A DNA stretch of 62,311 nucleotides, the filler included. It is 6 parts of 6 records of this genome, joined end to end, with 100 filler letters (N's around TTAATTAATTAA, not from the genome) between each part and the next. Parts side by side here need not be neighbours in the genome. Positions count along the whole stretch, not along the records: positions 1 to 21,206 come from SRR31156797_8609; positions 21,307 to 37,484 come from SRR31156797_8610; 4 more parts are not named here. The stretch is one strand, 5' to 3'. The notes below the pieces were generated by a model. It was not told the DNA's origin, searched no databases, and was given only the letters and a program-made list of their open reading frames with translations. A program made the position numbers and the translations under genes. Positions 10,941-21,715 of this stretch are shown piece by piece (position 1 is the stretch's first letter; each line of letters begins with the position of its first letter).

Positions 10941-12527
10941 ATGCTGTATAGGTCAGATTTCAAATCAATGACAAAACTTTCTTATCCTTTGCTTCGTCGC
11001 GGTCTAGCTCTGTTATTAGTCGCTCTATTTGTCAGTGGCTGCCAAATTGATTCGGAACCGAAAAGTGAATTAGACCAGGTTCGCGAGCGCGGAGTTTTAC
11101 GTGTCGGCACGTTGAACAACCAACTCTCATATTATATCGGTCCAGATGGTCCTTCAGGATTAGATTACGACTTGGCAAGAGAGTTTGCATCTCAACTTGG
11201 GGTGAGACTTGAGATGAAGCCTGCATATCGCTTAGCAAGCTTATTCCCTGCACTGAAAAATGGTGAGATTGATATTATTGCTGCAGGCCTGAGCCAGTCA
11301 GAGCAACGTTTGAAAGACTATCGCGCTGGCCCTGCGTATTACTACGTTTCCCAGCAAGTTGTTTATAAAAAAGGTCAATGGCGCCCACGCAACATCGAAC
11401 AGTTAGTTGAAAAGCAGCAAGAGCTAGCACAGCTAGATGAACCACTCTCCTACTTTAGCGTGGTCAATGATGCCCATTTTGCTACCACTCTAGACAAGTT
11501 AACGGCCGAGTATCCAACGTTTAACTACGATATCAATAAAGATTCCGACGTTAATGACTTACTCAAAAAAGTCACCGACGGTGAACTGCTGTTTACTATG
11601 GCAGACTCTGTTGAAGTTTCACTTTCTCAACGTATTTATCCCGATATTGCAACGGCATTTGAGCTCACCGAAGACCAACCTATTTCGTGGTTTATGCGTC
11701 GCTCTCAAGATGAAAGCTTGTACGCTATGATGATCGAGTTTTTTGGTGATCTAAAGCAATCCGGTTCTTTAGCCTCTTTAGAAGAAAAGTATATTGGTCA
11801 CATCGGAACATTTGACTACGTGGATACCCGAGCCTTCATTCGAGCTCTGGACAAACGCTTACCGAAATGGACACCTCTATTCCAGAAATACTCTGAAGAG
11901 TTCGACTGGCGTTTAATCGCCGCATTGGCTTATCAAGAATCGCATTGGAATCCTCGCGCTAAATCGCCAACGGGTGTTCGCGGTATGATGATGCTCACTT
12001 TGCCAACCGCAAAGAGTGTTAATGTTTCCAATCGACTCGATCCAGAACAGTCTGTTCGAGGTGGTGTTGAGTACCTGCGTCGTATGGTTTCCCGAGTACC
12101 AGATTCTATTTCTGAACACGAAAAAATCTGGTTCGCTCTCGCCTCCTATAACGTTGGCTTTGGTCACATGATGGATGCCAGGCGTTTAACTAAAGTTCAG
12201 GGCGCAGATCCTGATACCTGGGCGGACGTAAAAGACAGACTGCCTTTGCTACGTCAGAAGAAATATTTTTCTCAAACCCGTTATGGCTACGCTCGCGGTG
12301 ATGAAGCCAGAAACTATGTCGAAAATATTCGTCGCTACTATCAAAGTATTATTGGTCACCTTGAGCAACAAAAAGTCATCAGTGTCGAGTCTGGAACTGA
12401 CGATCTTGTTGTTATCCATGTAGAAGATCAGCCACAGAATGAAGAGGCTGCTGAAGCAGATGAGAACGACGAAATAAATGAAGACGACGAGTTTAACGAG
12501 GAAGATAGTACGAAATCTAGCCGATAA
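10941..12527 (+). CDS. mltF: Membrane-bound lytic murein transglycosylase F
   Basis: Substrate-binding-protein domain plus SLT domain (YQESHW, GVRGMMML, YNVGFGH, YGYARG); divergent from purL. Start could be slightly downstream. Confidence 0.95.
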   Translation: MLYRSDFKSMTKLSYPLLRRGLALLLVALFVSGCQIDSEPKSELDQVRERGVLRVGTLNNQLSYYIGPDGPSGLDYDLAREFASQLGVRLEMKPAYRLASLFPALKNGEIDIIAAGLSQSEQRLKDYRAGPAYYYVSQQVVYKKGQWRPRNIEQLVEKQQELAQLDEPLSYFSVVNDAHFATTLDKLTAEYPTFNYDINKDSDVNDLLKKVTDGELLFTMADSVEVSLSQRIYPDIATAFELTEDQPISWFMRRSQDESLYAMMIEFFGDLKQSGSLASLEEKYIGHIGTFDYVDTRAFIRALDKRLPKWTPLFQKYSEEFDWRLIAALAYQESHWNPRAKSPTGVRGMMMLTLPTAKSVNVSNRLDPEQSVRGGVEYLRRMVSRVPDSISEHEKIWFALASYNVGFGHMMDARRLTKVQGADPDTWADVKDRLPLLRQKKYFSQTRYGYARGDEARNYVENIRRYYQSIIGHLEQQKVISVESGTDDLVVIHVEDQPQNEEAAEADENDEINEDDEFNEEDSTKSSR

Positions 12528-12746
12528 GACTCATCTATGAAAAATACCGGCGAAAGTACCAAATAATCACTTGATTTTTTTCGCCTTAACCCATAAATAG
12601 GTAGAAGAACTTTCACTTACTTCAAAAATAAATCTCAGTGGGTGAAAAGATCCATAAAAACGTCAAATAAGTTTGATAGTTTGGCACCCTAATCCAAATA
12701 AACATTAGGGTTTTTGTGATAGTTAATACTGAATGGGGGACGTTTT

Positions 12747-12878
12747 ATGCTTAAGCGTAAGCAGTCTAAACTCCTTAATAAAGCAGTATCAGCTAACCGC
12801 CGCCGTCGTATGCTAGCAAATACTAAAAAGAAAGTGTTGGCTCGTCATCGCGCGTATGTTCAGTTAGATGATTTATAA
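12747..12878 (+). CDS. Small basic hypothetical protein (43 aa)
   Basis: GGGGGA RBS then MLKRKQSKLLNKAVSANRRRRMLANTKKKVLARHRAYVQLDDL; below the ORF-track cut-off. Confidence 0.6.
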   Translation: MLKRKQSKLLNKAVSANRRRRMLANTKKKVLARHRAYVQLDDL

Positions 12879-12944
12879 TTGGCATAAGTTGGTTGATATT
12901 TAAGGAATGCAAACATCTACACCAGTAGGTGTTTGCTAAAAAAC

Positions 12945-13490
12945 CTACTTTTTACCCGTTTCTCTCTGTTTTACTGCTTCAACTCGTTTTTTCTCTTCTT
13001 TTAACGCTTTAATCTCTTTTCTACGTCGCTTAAAAAAAGCCTGTAACTGCTCTCTACATTCGTCTTCTAATAGACCTTTCTCTACCGTAGCGTAGTGAAA
13101 TGCTGCTGGACTGGTGAAAATATTCAACACCGTACCTGCTGCGCCCGCTTTTAAATCCGGCGCTCCATAAACGATACGTTTCACTCGACTATGCAATAGA
13201 GCCCCTGCGCACATAGGGCAAGGTTCTAAAGTGACATATAATGTGGTGTCCAACAGGCGATAATTTTGTAACGCTTCACCCGCTTCTCTGAGTACCTGCA
13301 TTTCCGCATGCGCGGTTGCATCATGGTTAACAATCGATTGATTCCAACCTTGAGCAATGATCTCTCCATCCTTAACAAGTACGGCACCAACTGGCACTTC
13401 ACCTTGTTGTTCTGCTTGGGTGGCCAATTTCATCGCTTGACGCATAAAGTGCTCATCTTGCTCGGTGAATACCGATGGAAGCTCAGTCAT
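12945..13490 (-). CDS. tadA: tRNA adenosine(34) deaminase
   Basis: GEVPVGAV, TAHAE and TLEPCPMCAGA motifs. Confidence 0.96.
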   Translation of the reverse strand: MTELPSVFTEQDEHFMRQAMKLATQAEQQGEVPVGAVLVKDGEIIAQGWNQSIVNHDATAHAEMQVLREAGEALQNYRLLDTTLYVTLEPCPMCAGALLHSRVKRIVYGAPDLKAGAAGTVLNIFTSPAAFHYATVEKGLLEDECREQLQAFFKRRRKEIKALKEEKKRVEAVKQRETGKK

Positions 13491-13525
13491 TCAAATGTCT
13501 CTCAATTAAAACTATCAAGGGGGGA

Positions 13526-14398
13526 TTATACAGATAAGCTTTGGGCAAGATAATCCAACAACAAACGAACCTTAGCAGAAAGATGGCGATTGTGCGGATA
13601 AAGCCCCCATACCCCCTCTCTATCGGTTCGATATGAGGTCAACACTTCGACTAACTGCCCTGAGGCTAAATACTCTTCAACATAGTAATCCGGTAGTTGG
13701 ACCATACCGATACTTTTTAACGCAGCATCAACTAAAACCACGCCGCTGTTACAGCTAATGTTTCCCTTTACCCGAACTGAACGTGGCTGATTATTTTCTT
13801 TGAAGCGCCAGTAGTCATAAGTGCCAGTTAAGCATTGATGTTGAGACAACTCCGATAACGTATGTGGGGTTCCATATCGAGCTAAATAATCCGGGGTCGC
13901 GCACACATGTAAATGGCGACTACTCAATTTTCTTGCACGAAAACTGGAATCCTCTAATTGCCCTAGGCGAATGGCTAAGTCCACACCTTGCTCAATCAAA
14001 TCCAACTTTTGGTTGGTAAGTACTAGCTCCAGCTCAAGCTGCTGATGCTGTTGTAAAAACTGGTGTAACAATGGCGCAATTTTCTGTTCTCCATAAGTAA
14101 CAGGGGCGGTTACTTTAAGTTTACCGAGTGGCGTTTGCTGCATTTGGGTAACGGTTTGCTCTGCTTGCTCTAGCCCTTCGATCAATAAACGACATTGCTG
14201 GAAGTAGATTTGCCCAGCTTCCGTCAATGAGACTTTGCGAGTGGTACGTACTAACAGTTTGACTTTAAGACGCTCTTCCAGTGATGCGACTCTCCGGCTG
14301 ATGTTCGCCACCGACGTATTTAATCGGTGCGATGCCTGAGTAAAGCTGCCGCTCTCTGCCACGGCGACAAATTCACTGACACCTTCCCAAATCGCCAT
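13526..14398 (-). CDS. LysR family regulator (divergent from frmA)
   Basis: N-terminal HTH (SGSFTQAS...RTTRKVSLTEAG) plus substrate-binding domain. Confidence 0.93.
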   Translation of the reverse strand: MAIWEGVSEFVAVAESGSFTQASHRLNTSVANISRRVASLEERLKVKLLVRTTRKVSLTEAGQIYFQQCRLLIEGLEQAEQTVTQMQQTPLGKLKVTAPVTYGEQKIAPLLHQFLQQHQQLELELVLTNQKLDLIEQGVDLAIRLGQLEDSSFRARKLSSRHLHVCATPDYLARYGTPHTLSELSQHQCLTGTYDYWRFKENNQPRSVRVKGNISCNSGVVLVDAALKSIGMVQLPDYYVEEYLASGQLVEVLTSYRTDREGVWGLYPHNRHLSAKVRLLLDYLAQSLSV

Positions 14399-14468
14399 AC
14401 TGATTCCTTTTATTATTACAATTACGTAAAAGTTATTCTCATTTTGCCCTAATTATTAAATATCTTAA

Positions 14469-15671
<1,203 letters not shown>

Positions 15672-15746
15672 ATATCACAATATCCCGTGACTCAAAGTTG
15701 CAGCCATTTTGCGCTGCAACTTTTTGTACCACGCATAGGAGGAAGA

Positions 15747-16595
15747 ATGAGTTTAATTAATCACAGTCAGGCAAAAGTGTTTGACGGTTGGCATAAGCAA
15801 TACATTCACCAATCCAGCACTCTTAACTGTGAGATGCGTTTTGCTATCTATTTGCCAGTAGAAGCCACCGAAGACAACCCTGTTCCTGTTTTATACTGGT
15901 TATCCGGCCTCACCTGTACCGATGAGAACTTTATGCAAAAAGCAGCAGCTTTCCAGAAAGCGGCTGAGTTAGGCATTGCGATTGTTGCGCCAGATACCAG
16001 TCCTCGCGGAGAGGAAGTACCCGATGATCCAGAAGGCGCTTACGATTTTGGCTTAGGTGCCGGTTTCTATCTCAATGCTACTCAGGAACCTTGGCAAGAG
16101 CACTATCAAATGTACAGTTACATTGTTGATGAACTGCCACAGCTTATTGAACAAAACTTTCCTGTGAGCAAGCGTAAAGCCATTTCTGGTCATAGTATGG
16201 GTGGTCATGGTGCGCTGACTATTGGAATTAAAAACCCAACCGCGTATACATCAATTTCTGCATTTAGTCCGATTTGTAATCCAATGTCTGTTCCGTGGGG
16301 CCAAAAAGCCTTCCGTAACTATTTAGGTGAAGATAAATCAAAGTGGCAACAGTACGATGCAGTTGAACTGATGAAAACACATTTGGTCAGAACGCCGATC
16401 TTAGTTGATCAAGGCAATGCAGACAGCTTCCTAACAGAACAACTTAAACCTGAAACATTGCAATCAGCCGCGATTGAAGCCAAGGCAAATCTCACTCTTA
16501 GGATTCAGCCAGGGTATGACCACAGCTACTACTTCATTCAGACGTTTATCGATGAACACCTAGAGTTCCATGCAAAATATCTGAAAGTTGACTAG
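15747..16595 (+). CDS. fghA: S-formylglutathione hydrolase
   Basis: [21 protein letters not shown] and GYDHSYYF motifs; AGGAGG RBS before ATG 15747. Confidence 0.95.
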   Translation: MSLINHSQAKVFDGWHKQYIHQSSTLNCEMRFAIYLPVEATEDNPVPVLYWLSGLTCTDENFMQKAAAFQKAAELGIAIVAPDTSPRGEEVPDDPEGAYDFGLGAGFYLNATQEPWQEHYQMYSYIVDELPQLIEQNFPVSKRKAISGHSMGGHGALTIGIKNPTAYTSISAFSPICNPMSVPWGQKAFRNYLGEDKSKWQQYDAVELMKTHLVRTPILVDQGNADSFLTEQLKPETLQSAAIEAKANLTLRIQPGYDHSYYFIQTFIDEHLEFHAKYLKVD

Positions 16596-16609
16596 GGTCT
16601 GTTCTCCCT

Positions 16610-16640
16610 AAATTAAGCCCGCTGATGCGGGCTTAATTTT
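16610..16640. terminator. Bidirectional terminator
   Basis: AAATTAAGCCCGC-TGAT-GCGGGCTTAATTT between convergent genes. Confidence 0.75.
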
Positions 16641-17052
16641 AAGGTTCAAACTCACTGTATTGAGAAATCATGGTCTTTAAAGATACAGCTTGCTTGCTCA
16701 ACTGCCTGTCCAACCATTGCGCTTCAATATCAATCGCTTTAATCGAACCTGCTCCATTAAGCTCAGAAACCCTCCAAGTTAGCGTATATTTCCCATGATG
16801 TTCACTACCAGAAACAATATCGCCTGAATACGAAGCCACTGAAAAACCAGAATGATTAACGACCGCTCCACGAGTTCGAAACCATTCCAATTTCTGTTCC
16901 GCTAAGTTCAAAGCTTCAACACTATATATGGCATAATCGGCTTGCTGTTCGATATACGCTTGTAGCTTGATTAACCCGAGTGTTCCAACACCGATTAACA
17001 CAAAAGTAATCAAAACTTCTATCAGGCTAAAACCTTGGTTTTTACAACGCAT
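16639..17052 (-). CDS. Type IV minor pilin, PilV/PpdC-like
   Basis: Class III signal peptide QG/FSLIEVL; probable start MRCKNQG at 17052. Confidence 0.85.
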   Translation of the reverse strand: MRCKNQGFSLIEVLITFVLIGVGTLGLIKLQAYIEQQADYAIYSVEALNLAEQKLEWFRTRGAVVNHSGFSVASYSGDIVSGSEHHGKYTLTWRVSELNGAGSIKAIDIEAQWLDRQLSKQAVSLKTMISQYSEFEP

Positions 17053-18283
17053 ACCAAGATCCTTGCTTCCATCTCGGAGGGTTAATATGGCTCTGCACAC
17101 TATCAAGCACATCGCGATTGAACTGAAAATCGAAAGAATCGTAAAACACGGCGGCCTGACCAGAGGTATCAAAATACTGCCCTCCGGAAAACGAGAAAGC
17201 CCCGTGTTGATAGTAAGTGGCAATCTTTCGGTAAGAGTTATCCACTACACTAGGAGTATGATTTAAATAGCGATCCGCTTCGAACCCCTGCCATTTTGAA
17301 GGGTGTGCAGTAAACTCCGTATTGAAGTGAAAGAGAACCCCTTTAAACGGTTGAGATGTCGCTCCCTGTTCAGGCTTTCCCATCACAGAAAAAACACCGT
17401 CATGCACGAGAATCAACACACCTTCGGTTGTTGAAGTTGCGTTGACTAATTGATTGTATTCACTACGTTTTATTTCACAGCTGCCTTCAACCCACAAATA
17501 GTGTTTTCCCGAACGAATATGGTTCGCCAATAGGCGCCCACAGTTATTTACCCGTTTATCGACTCCCTGCCCTTCAATAACCGTCACCTGCTCCCTTTGC
17601 TTTACTCTGTCATGTTGTTGTGCTGGGACATTGAAAAACTGCTCAAACAAAGAGACATGTTCATCTTTAACAAAGTCTTTCCCCAACCTACCTCTCGAAG
17701 AACCTATTGTTCTATGCGTACGTAGACAATCTTTGCCCATCGGATTTTCAAAGTTTGCAAACGGCTTGTTGCCATGAATAACGCCCTTGTTGTCGACAAC
17801 CGATGCATACAAACGATTACTATATCGTAAAGCCACACACTCCCAGCCGTGGTGCGAGAGCTTTCCTGGATCAGGCGTAGAAAAAGTGACGCTGGAATGA
17901 AAATATAAATCCGCACTGGACTGCATAGCGCCAGATTTAATAGAGTGAGTAAGAAGAATCTCTTTCTGTACTGAACTGTGATGGGATTGGGCAAACACTC
18001 GCTGCCCATGAATAGTAGGTTGAAAACGGGCAATCACTCCCTGACCTGAACCACAGTCTGTCACCATCGGAGGAACAAGGTTGTTTTCTCTAAACTGGGT
18101 AAATGCGCACTCTATCGCCCCTTCTGCTAACCAATGATGTTGACGCGCTTTTATTTCATTTTGAGCACGCTTGATCTGGTAAAACAGCGCTTTGTAAGTG
18201 CCTAAAGTGACGATTAGCGTCACTATCAGTAGCATGGAAACCATCAATAGAGTGATCACACCCGTCTGACAATTCCGACTCAC
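17042..18283 (-). CDS. PilX-like minor pilin/assembly protein
   Basis: QTG/VITLL hydrophobic N-terminus without E5, AEGAIE motif, located inside the pilin cluster. Confidence 0.75.
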   Translation of the reverse strand: MSRNCQTGVITLLMVSMLLIVTLIVTLGTYKALFYQIKRAQNEIKARQHHWLAEGAIECAFTQFRENNLVPPMVTDCGSGQGVIARFQPTIHGQRVFAQSHHSSVQKEILLTHSIKSGAMQSSADLYFHSSVTFSTPDPGKLSHHGWECVALRYSNRLYASVVDNKGVIHGNKPFANFENPMGKDCLRTHRTIGSSRGRLGKDFVKDEHVSLFEQFFNVPAQQHDRVKQREQVTVIEGQGVDKRVNNCGRLLANHIRSGKHYLWVEGSCEIKRSEYNQLVNATSTTEGVLILVHDGVFSVMGKPEQGATSQPFKGVLFHFNTEFTAHPSKWQGFEADRYLNHTPSVVDNSYRKIATYYQHGAFSFSGGQYFDTSGQAAVFYDSFDFQFNRDVLDSVQSHINPPRWKQGSWYAL

Positions 18284-18915
18284 AACCAGTTCCTTTGCTT
18301 GATCTGCACTTGCAGACGGTGTTCGATCGCCGGTTTTGTTGTTAAAGCCGCGGTGAGTTGCACTGTTATCAAGGACGTTTTTGCTACGTTCTCGATTAAC
18401 TGTTTGTCTATCGAGAAATCTTTAATTCGAATCTGCTGTGAATCAAATATTGAGTAACAGTTTCCCTTAAACCCGGAGTCTGAAGCCTGAGCGATAGACA
18501 ACAATTGCGTATGATGTTTTTCACATAAGACTAAGTTGTCGCCCGTTTCATCCAACCGATACACTACATGCCGGTATTTCTCGCTGCCATTGCTGACAAC
18601 TTCATAAACATATCCTATTAAAGCGTTGTCTGAATCGACCTCAACTACCTCGGTGGAGTCCGTTAATTTCGCTGACGTTAATTGTTCTCCATTAAACCCG
18701 GCACGTTGAACGTCTTCTTTTAGCTGCTGTAGAACACTACTCATATTCTGAATAAGCAGTATCTGTTTGATTTTGTGCGTTGCTGACTTTTGGGTTGAAA
18801 CATAAATGCCGCCGACAATCATCAGTGCGATACTGCCTAATGTTGCGGCTATCATAAACTCAACTAGAGAGCTGCCAACCATGCGTTTCAAACTAACGGC
18901 ATTGCGGATAACCAT
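18280..18915 (-). CDS. Type IV minor pilin, PilW/PpdB-like
   Basis: G/SSLVEFMIA signal and DVQRAGF motif; probable ATG at 18915. Confidence 0.82.
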   Translation of the reverse strand: MVIRNAVSLKRMVGSSLVEFMIAATLGSIALMIVGGIYVSTQKSATHKIKQILLIQNMSSVLQQLKEDVQRAGFNGEQLTSAKLTDSTEVVEVDSDNALIGYVYEVVSNGSEKYRHVVYRLDETGDNLVLCEKHHTQLLSIAQASDSGFKGNCYSIFDSQQIRIKDFSIDKQLIENVAKTSLITVQLTAALTTKPAIEHRLQVQIKQRNWL

Positions 18916-19402
18916 ACAATGGACCTCCAACTCCACATACAATGATACGGCTTGCTCCAAAAGAGCTACGGACATTCAATACTTTCTCGGGTTCATCCGG
19001 TAAAGACAGCTTCAAATGACCATTAGTGATTTTGCCTCTAACGCCATCAAATTTAATTTGATTCGAAACGTAGTTTGAAAGCACGGCGACGCCAGTAAAC
19101 TTGGCACCGTTAAATACCTGTATTACTTTTCCTCGCCCATCGACATCAGAATTTGTTAGCCGGATCGTCCATCCTCCAGTGTGTGAAGGATTACTATCAA
19201 GCTCTATATGCGCCCAAAGATCATGATTCATAAACACCGCCTCAGATTTGGCTTGAATCAAAAACCCTTGTAGCTCTGAAGCCAACTGAACAATTTTATG
19301 TTTTTGCTGAAAGAGGTGGAAACTCGGAGCGGCAATCAATAACAATGTCGACATCGCCAAAATCGTGACTAACATTTCCAGTAAAGTGAACCCGCGAAGC
19401 AT
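18893..19402 (-). CDS. FimT/GspH-like minor pilin
   Basis: RG/FTLLEML signal and AKSEAV motif; probable ATG at 19402. Confidence 0.85.
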   Translation of the reverse strand: MLRGFTLLEMLVTILAMSTLLLIAAPSFHLFQQKHKIVQLASELQGFLIQAKSEAVFMNHDLWAHIELDSNPSHTGGWTIRLTNSDVDGRGKVIQVFNGAKFTGVAVLSNYVSNQIKFDGVRGKITNGHLKLSLPDEPEKVLNVRSSFGASRIIVCGVGGPLYGYPQCR

Positions 19403-19505
19403 TTCCCAAATCCCCCTGTAAACAGCGCAACAAATACAAACCAACTTGCATAAAAACTATCAACTAACAAAAAATAGCGATGGTTGAAAAAAGTAAGTAA
19501 TAGAA

Positions 19506-19940
19506 ATGATTCGAACAAATTTGTGTAAAACTATTGTGTGCAAGCAACAAGGTATGACGTTGATCGAGTTAATCCTTGTTGTGGCTATTATTGGTATTCT
19601 CGCCAGTATTGTTTATCCCAGTTACAGTGACCATGTTAGAAAAGCCCACAGAAAGCAGGCGATAGTAGACATGGCTAAAATACAATTGCACTTAGAAAAA
19701 CATTACGACAATGGTTATTTGGTAAGTACTCTGTTTCCTTCAGGAAAATGCGAGCAATTTTGTGATGTGGAAAGCGAACGATATGAGATTACCATCGCAG
19801 AAAATGGTCATGGATACTTGATTACCGCAGTACCGAAATCAACCAAAGGTCAGGATAAAGACCAATGTTCGGGAGAGGTTTATGAACAGCTGACTCTATC
19901 CCACACAGGGGAAAGCCTGCCTGCAAACTGTTGGTTGTAA
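19506..19940 (+). CDS. Type IV pilin, PilE-like
   Basis: QG/MTLIELI...YPSY motif and C-terminal CW. Confidence 0.87.
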   Translation: MIRTNLCKTIVCKQQGMTLIELILVVAIIGILASIVYPSYSDHVRKAHRKQAIVDMAKIQLHLEKHYDNGYLVSTLFPSGKCEQFCDVESERYEITIAENGHGYLITAVPKSTKGQDKDQCSGEVYEQLTLSHTGESLPANCWL

Positions 19941-19947
19941 AAATAAT

Positions 19948-19971
19948 TAAGGCCTGCAAATGCAGGCCTTA
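19948..19971. terminator. Hairpin terminator between the pilE-like gene and dnaJ
   Basis: TAAGGCCTGCA-AA-TGCAGGCCTTA. Confidence 0.7.
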
Positions 19972-19989
19972 TCTTTGTCTTTCCAACAA

Positions 19990-21132
19990 TTAGCTGGTCA
20001 GATCGTCGAAGAACTTCTTCACGCCGCTTAAAAAGCCTTCTGATTTAGGCTTGTGCTTTTGACCCGCTTCACCGCCGCAAGAATCTTCCAGCTCACGAAG
20101 CAGTTCTTTTTGACGAGAACTTAGCTTAACTGGAGTTTCTACAACCAGCTTCACTAATAGATCACCAACAGAACCACCACGTACGCTCTTCACGCCTTTA
20201 CCGCGCATACGGAACATACGACCAGTTTGCGTCTCTTCTGGCACCTTAAGGTTTACACGACCATCCAGTGTCGGTACTTCTACTTCACCGCCCAGTGCTG
20301 CCATCGCGAAGCTGACAGGCACTTCACAGTAAAGGTTATTACCGTCACGTTCGAAGATATGGTGCTCTCTTACATGAACTTGTACATACAAGTCACCGGC
20401 AGGCGCTCCCATTTCTCCCGCTTCACCTTCGCCAGACAGACGAATACGGTCGCCAGTATCAACACCAGCAGGGATCTTAACATTAAGTGTTTTGGTTTTC
20501 TGTTTACGACCTTGACCATGACATACGTCACATGGGTCTTTAATGATCTTGCCTTTACCATTACAGGTAGGACAGGTTTGCTGAACCGCAAAGAAACCTT
20601 GACGCATCTGTACTTGACCGTGGCCATGACAGGTTCCACACGTTTGCGCTGAAGTGCCTTTCTTCGCACCGGTACCTTCACAAGTATCACAGTGAACCAA
20701 GGTTGGAACTTCGATCTCTTTGCTACAACCGCGAACCGCTTCTTCTAAGCTAAGTTCCATGTTGTAACGCAAATCAGCACCTCGTTGGGCACGATGACCA
20801 CCGCCGCCACGACGTCCGCCACCGAAGATATCGCCGAAAACATCACCGAAGATATCACCAAAATCAGCACTGCCGCCACCAAAGCCGCCACCGCCCATGC
20901 CACCTTGTTCAAAGGCTGCATGACCGTATTGATCGTATGCCGCTTTCTTCTGATCATCGGTCAGAATTTCATACGCTTCTTTTACTTCTTTAAACTTTTC
21001 CGCAGCCGTAGCATCACCCGGGTTTCTATCAGGGTGAAATTTCATTGCTAGGCGCTTGTACGCCTTCTTAATATCGCGCTCTGAGGCATCACGGCTAACG
21101 CCTAATACTTCGTAAAAATCACGTTTTGACAT
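19990..21132 (-). CDS. dnaJ: Chaperone DnaJ
   Basis: J-domain HPD motif, G/F region and four CxxCxGxG repeats. Confidence 0.98.
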   Translation of the reverse strand: MSKRDFYEVLGVSRDASERDIKKAYKRLAMKFHPDRNPGDATAAEKFKEVKEAYEILTDDQKKAAYDQYGHAAFEQGGMGGGGFGGGSADFGDIFGDVFGDIFGGGRRGGGGHRAQRGADLRYNMELSLEEAVRGCSKEIEVPTLVHCDTCEGTGAKKGTSAQTCGTCHGHGQVQMRQGFFAVQQTCPTCNGKGKIIKDPCDVCHGQGRKQKTKTLNVKIPAGVDTGDRIRLSGEGEAGEMGAPAGDLYVQVHVREHHIFERDGNNLYCEVPVSFAMAALGGEVEVPTLDGRVNLKVPEETQTGRMFRMRGKGVKSVRGGSVGDLLVKLVVETPVKLSSRQKELLRELEDSCGGEAGQKHKPKSEGFLSGVKKFFDDLTS

Positions 21133-21206
21133 GTTCTAAGTCACCAAATAATTACTGCAAACGGGATTATACCAATCTACATAAGTTTCTGTGCATTCTT
21201 GCTTGT

Positions 21207-21306
21207 NNNNNNNNNNNNNNNNNNNNNNNNNNNNNNNNNNNNNNNNNNNNTTAATTAATTAANNNNNNNNNNNNNNNNNNNNNNNNNNNNNNNNNNNNNN
21301 NNNNNN
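21207..21306. other. Artificial contig spacer
   Basis: 100-nt N run with central TTAATTAATTAA. Confidence 0.98.
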
Positions 21307-21591
21307 AAACGTATCTCTATTCAAGATACTCGCGGTATCATCGACGCGATCTTAGATGGCTCTATTGAAGATGCACCGACCAAGCATGTGCCAATCTTCA
21401 ATCTGGAAGTACCAACATCACTTCCAGGTGTTGAACCAAGCATCCTTGATCCTCGTGACACCTATGTCGATCCGCTGCAATGGGAAAGCAAAGCAAAAGA
21501 CTTGGCTAACCGCTTTATCAATAACTTTGACAAGTACACTGATAATGCTGAAGGTAAGTCTTTGGTATCAGCAGGCCCTCAGCTAGACTAA
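21307..21591 (+). CDS. pckA: PEP carboxykinase (ATP), 3' fragment
   Basis: [19 protein letters not shown]...LDPRDTY...AGPQL C-terminus; 5' part lost in the gap. Confidence 0.92.
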   Translation, partial: KRISIQDTRGIIDAILDGSIEDAPTKHVPIFNLEVPTSLPGVEPSILDPRDTYVDPLQWESKAKDLANRFINNFDKYTDNAEGKSLVSAGPQLD

Positions 21592-21619
21592 TATCGAACA
21601 AAGTTAAAAAAGCTCTATC

Positions 21620-21645
21620 AAGCCCCTATTTTTAGGGGCTTTTTT
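21620..21645 (+). terminator. Terminator after pckA
   Basis: AAGCCCCTA-TTTT-TAGGGGCTTTTTT. Confidence 0.8.
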
Positions 21646-21715
21646 GTTGAAGCTTGCTGAAATTTGATACAAGCTGTTAGTCGATTCGAATAAGGATGAT
21701 TTGGTAAGAGAACTG

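Noticed and set aside
12440-12510. Acidic repeat-like tail of MltF
   Set aside because: Low-complexity variable C-terminus with no distinct repeat unit.
16592-16603. CTAGGGTCTGTT resembling an IS/MITE terminus
   Set aside because: Too short, and no partner inverted repeat was found.
16639-19940. Minor pilin cluster as a novel system
   Set aside because: Matches the known Vibrio type IV minor pilin cluster next to dnaJ.
21251-21262. Recurrent TTAATTAATTAA motif
   Set aside because: Artificial six-frame stop linker inside every N spacer; the apparent stops of ORFs 43732 and 57195 are artefacts.
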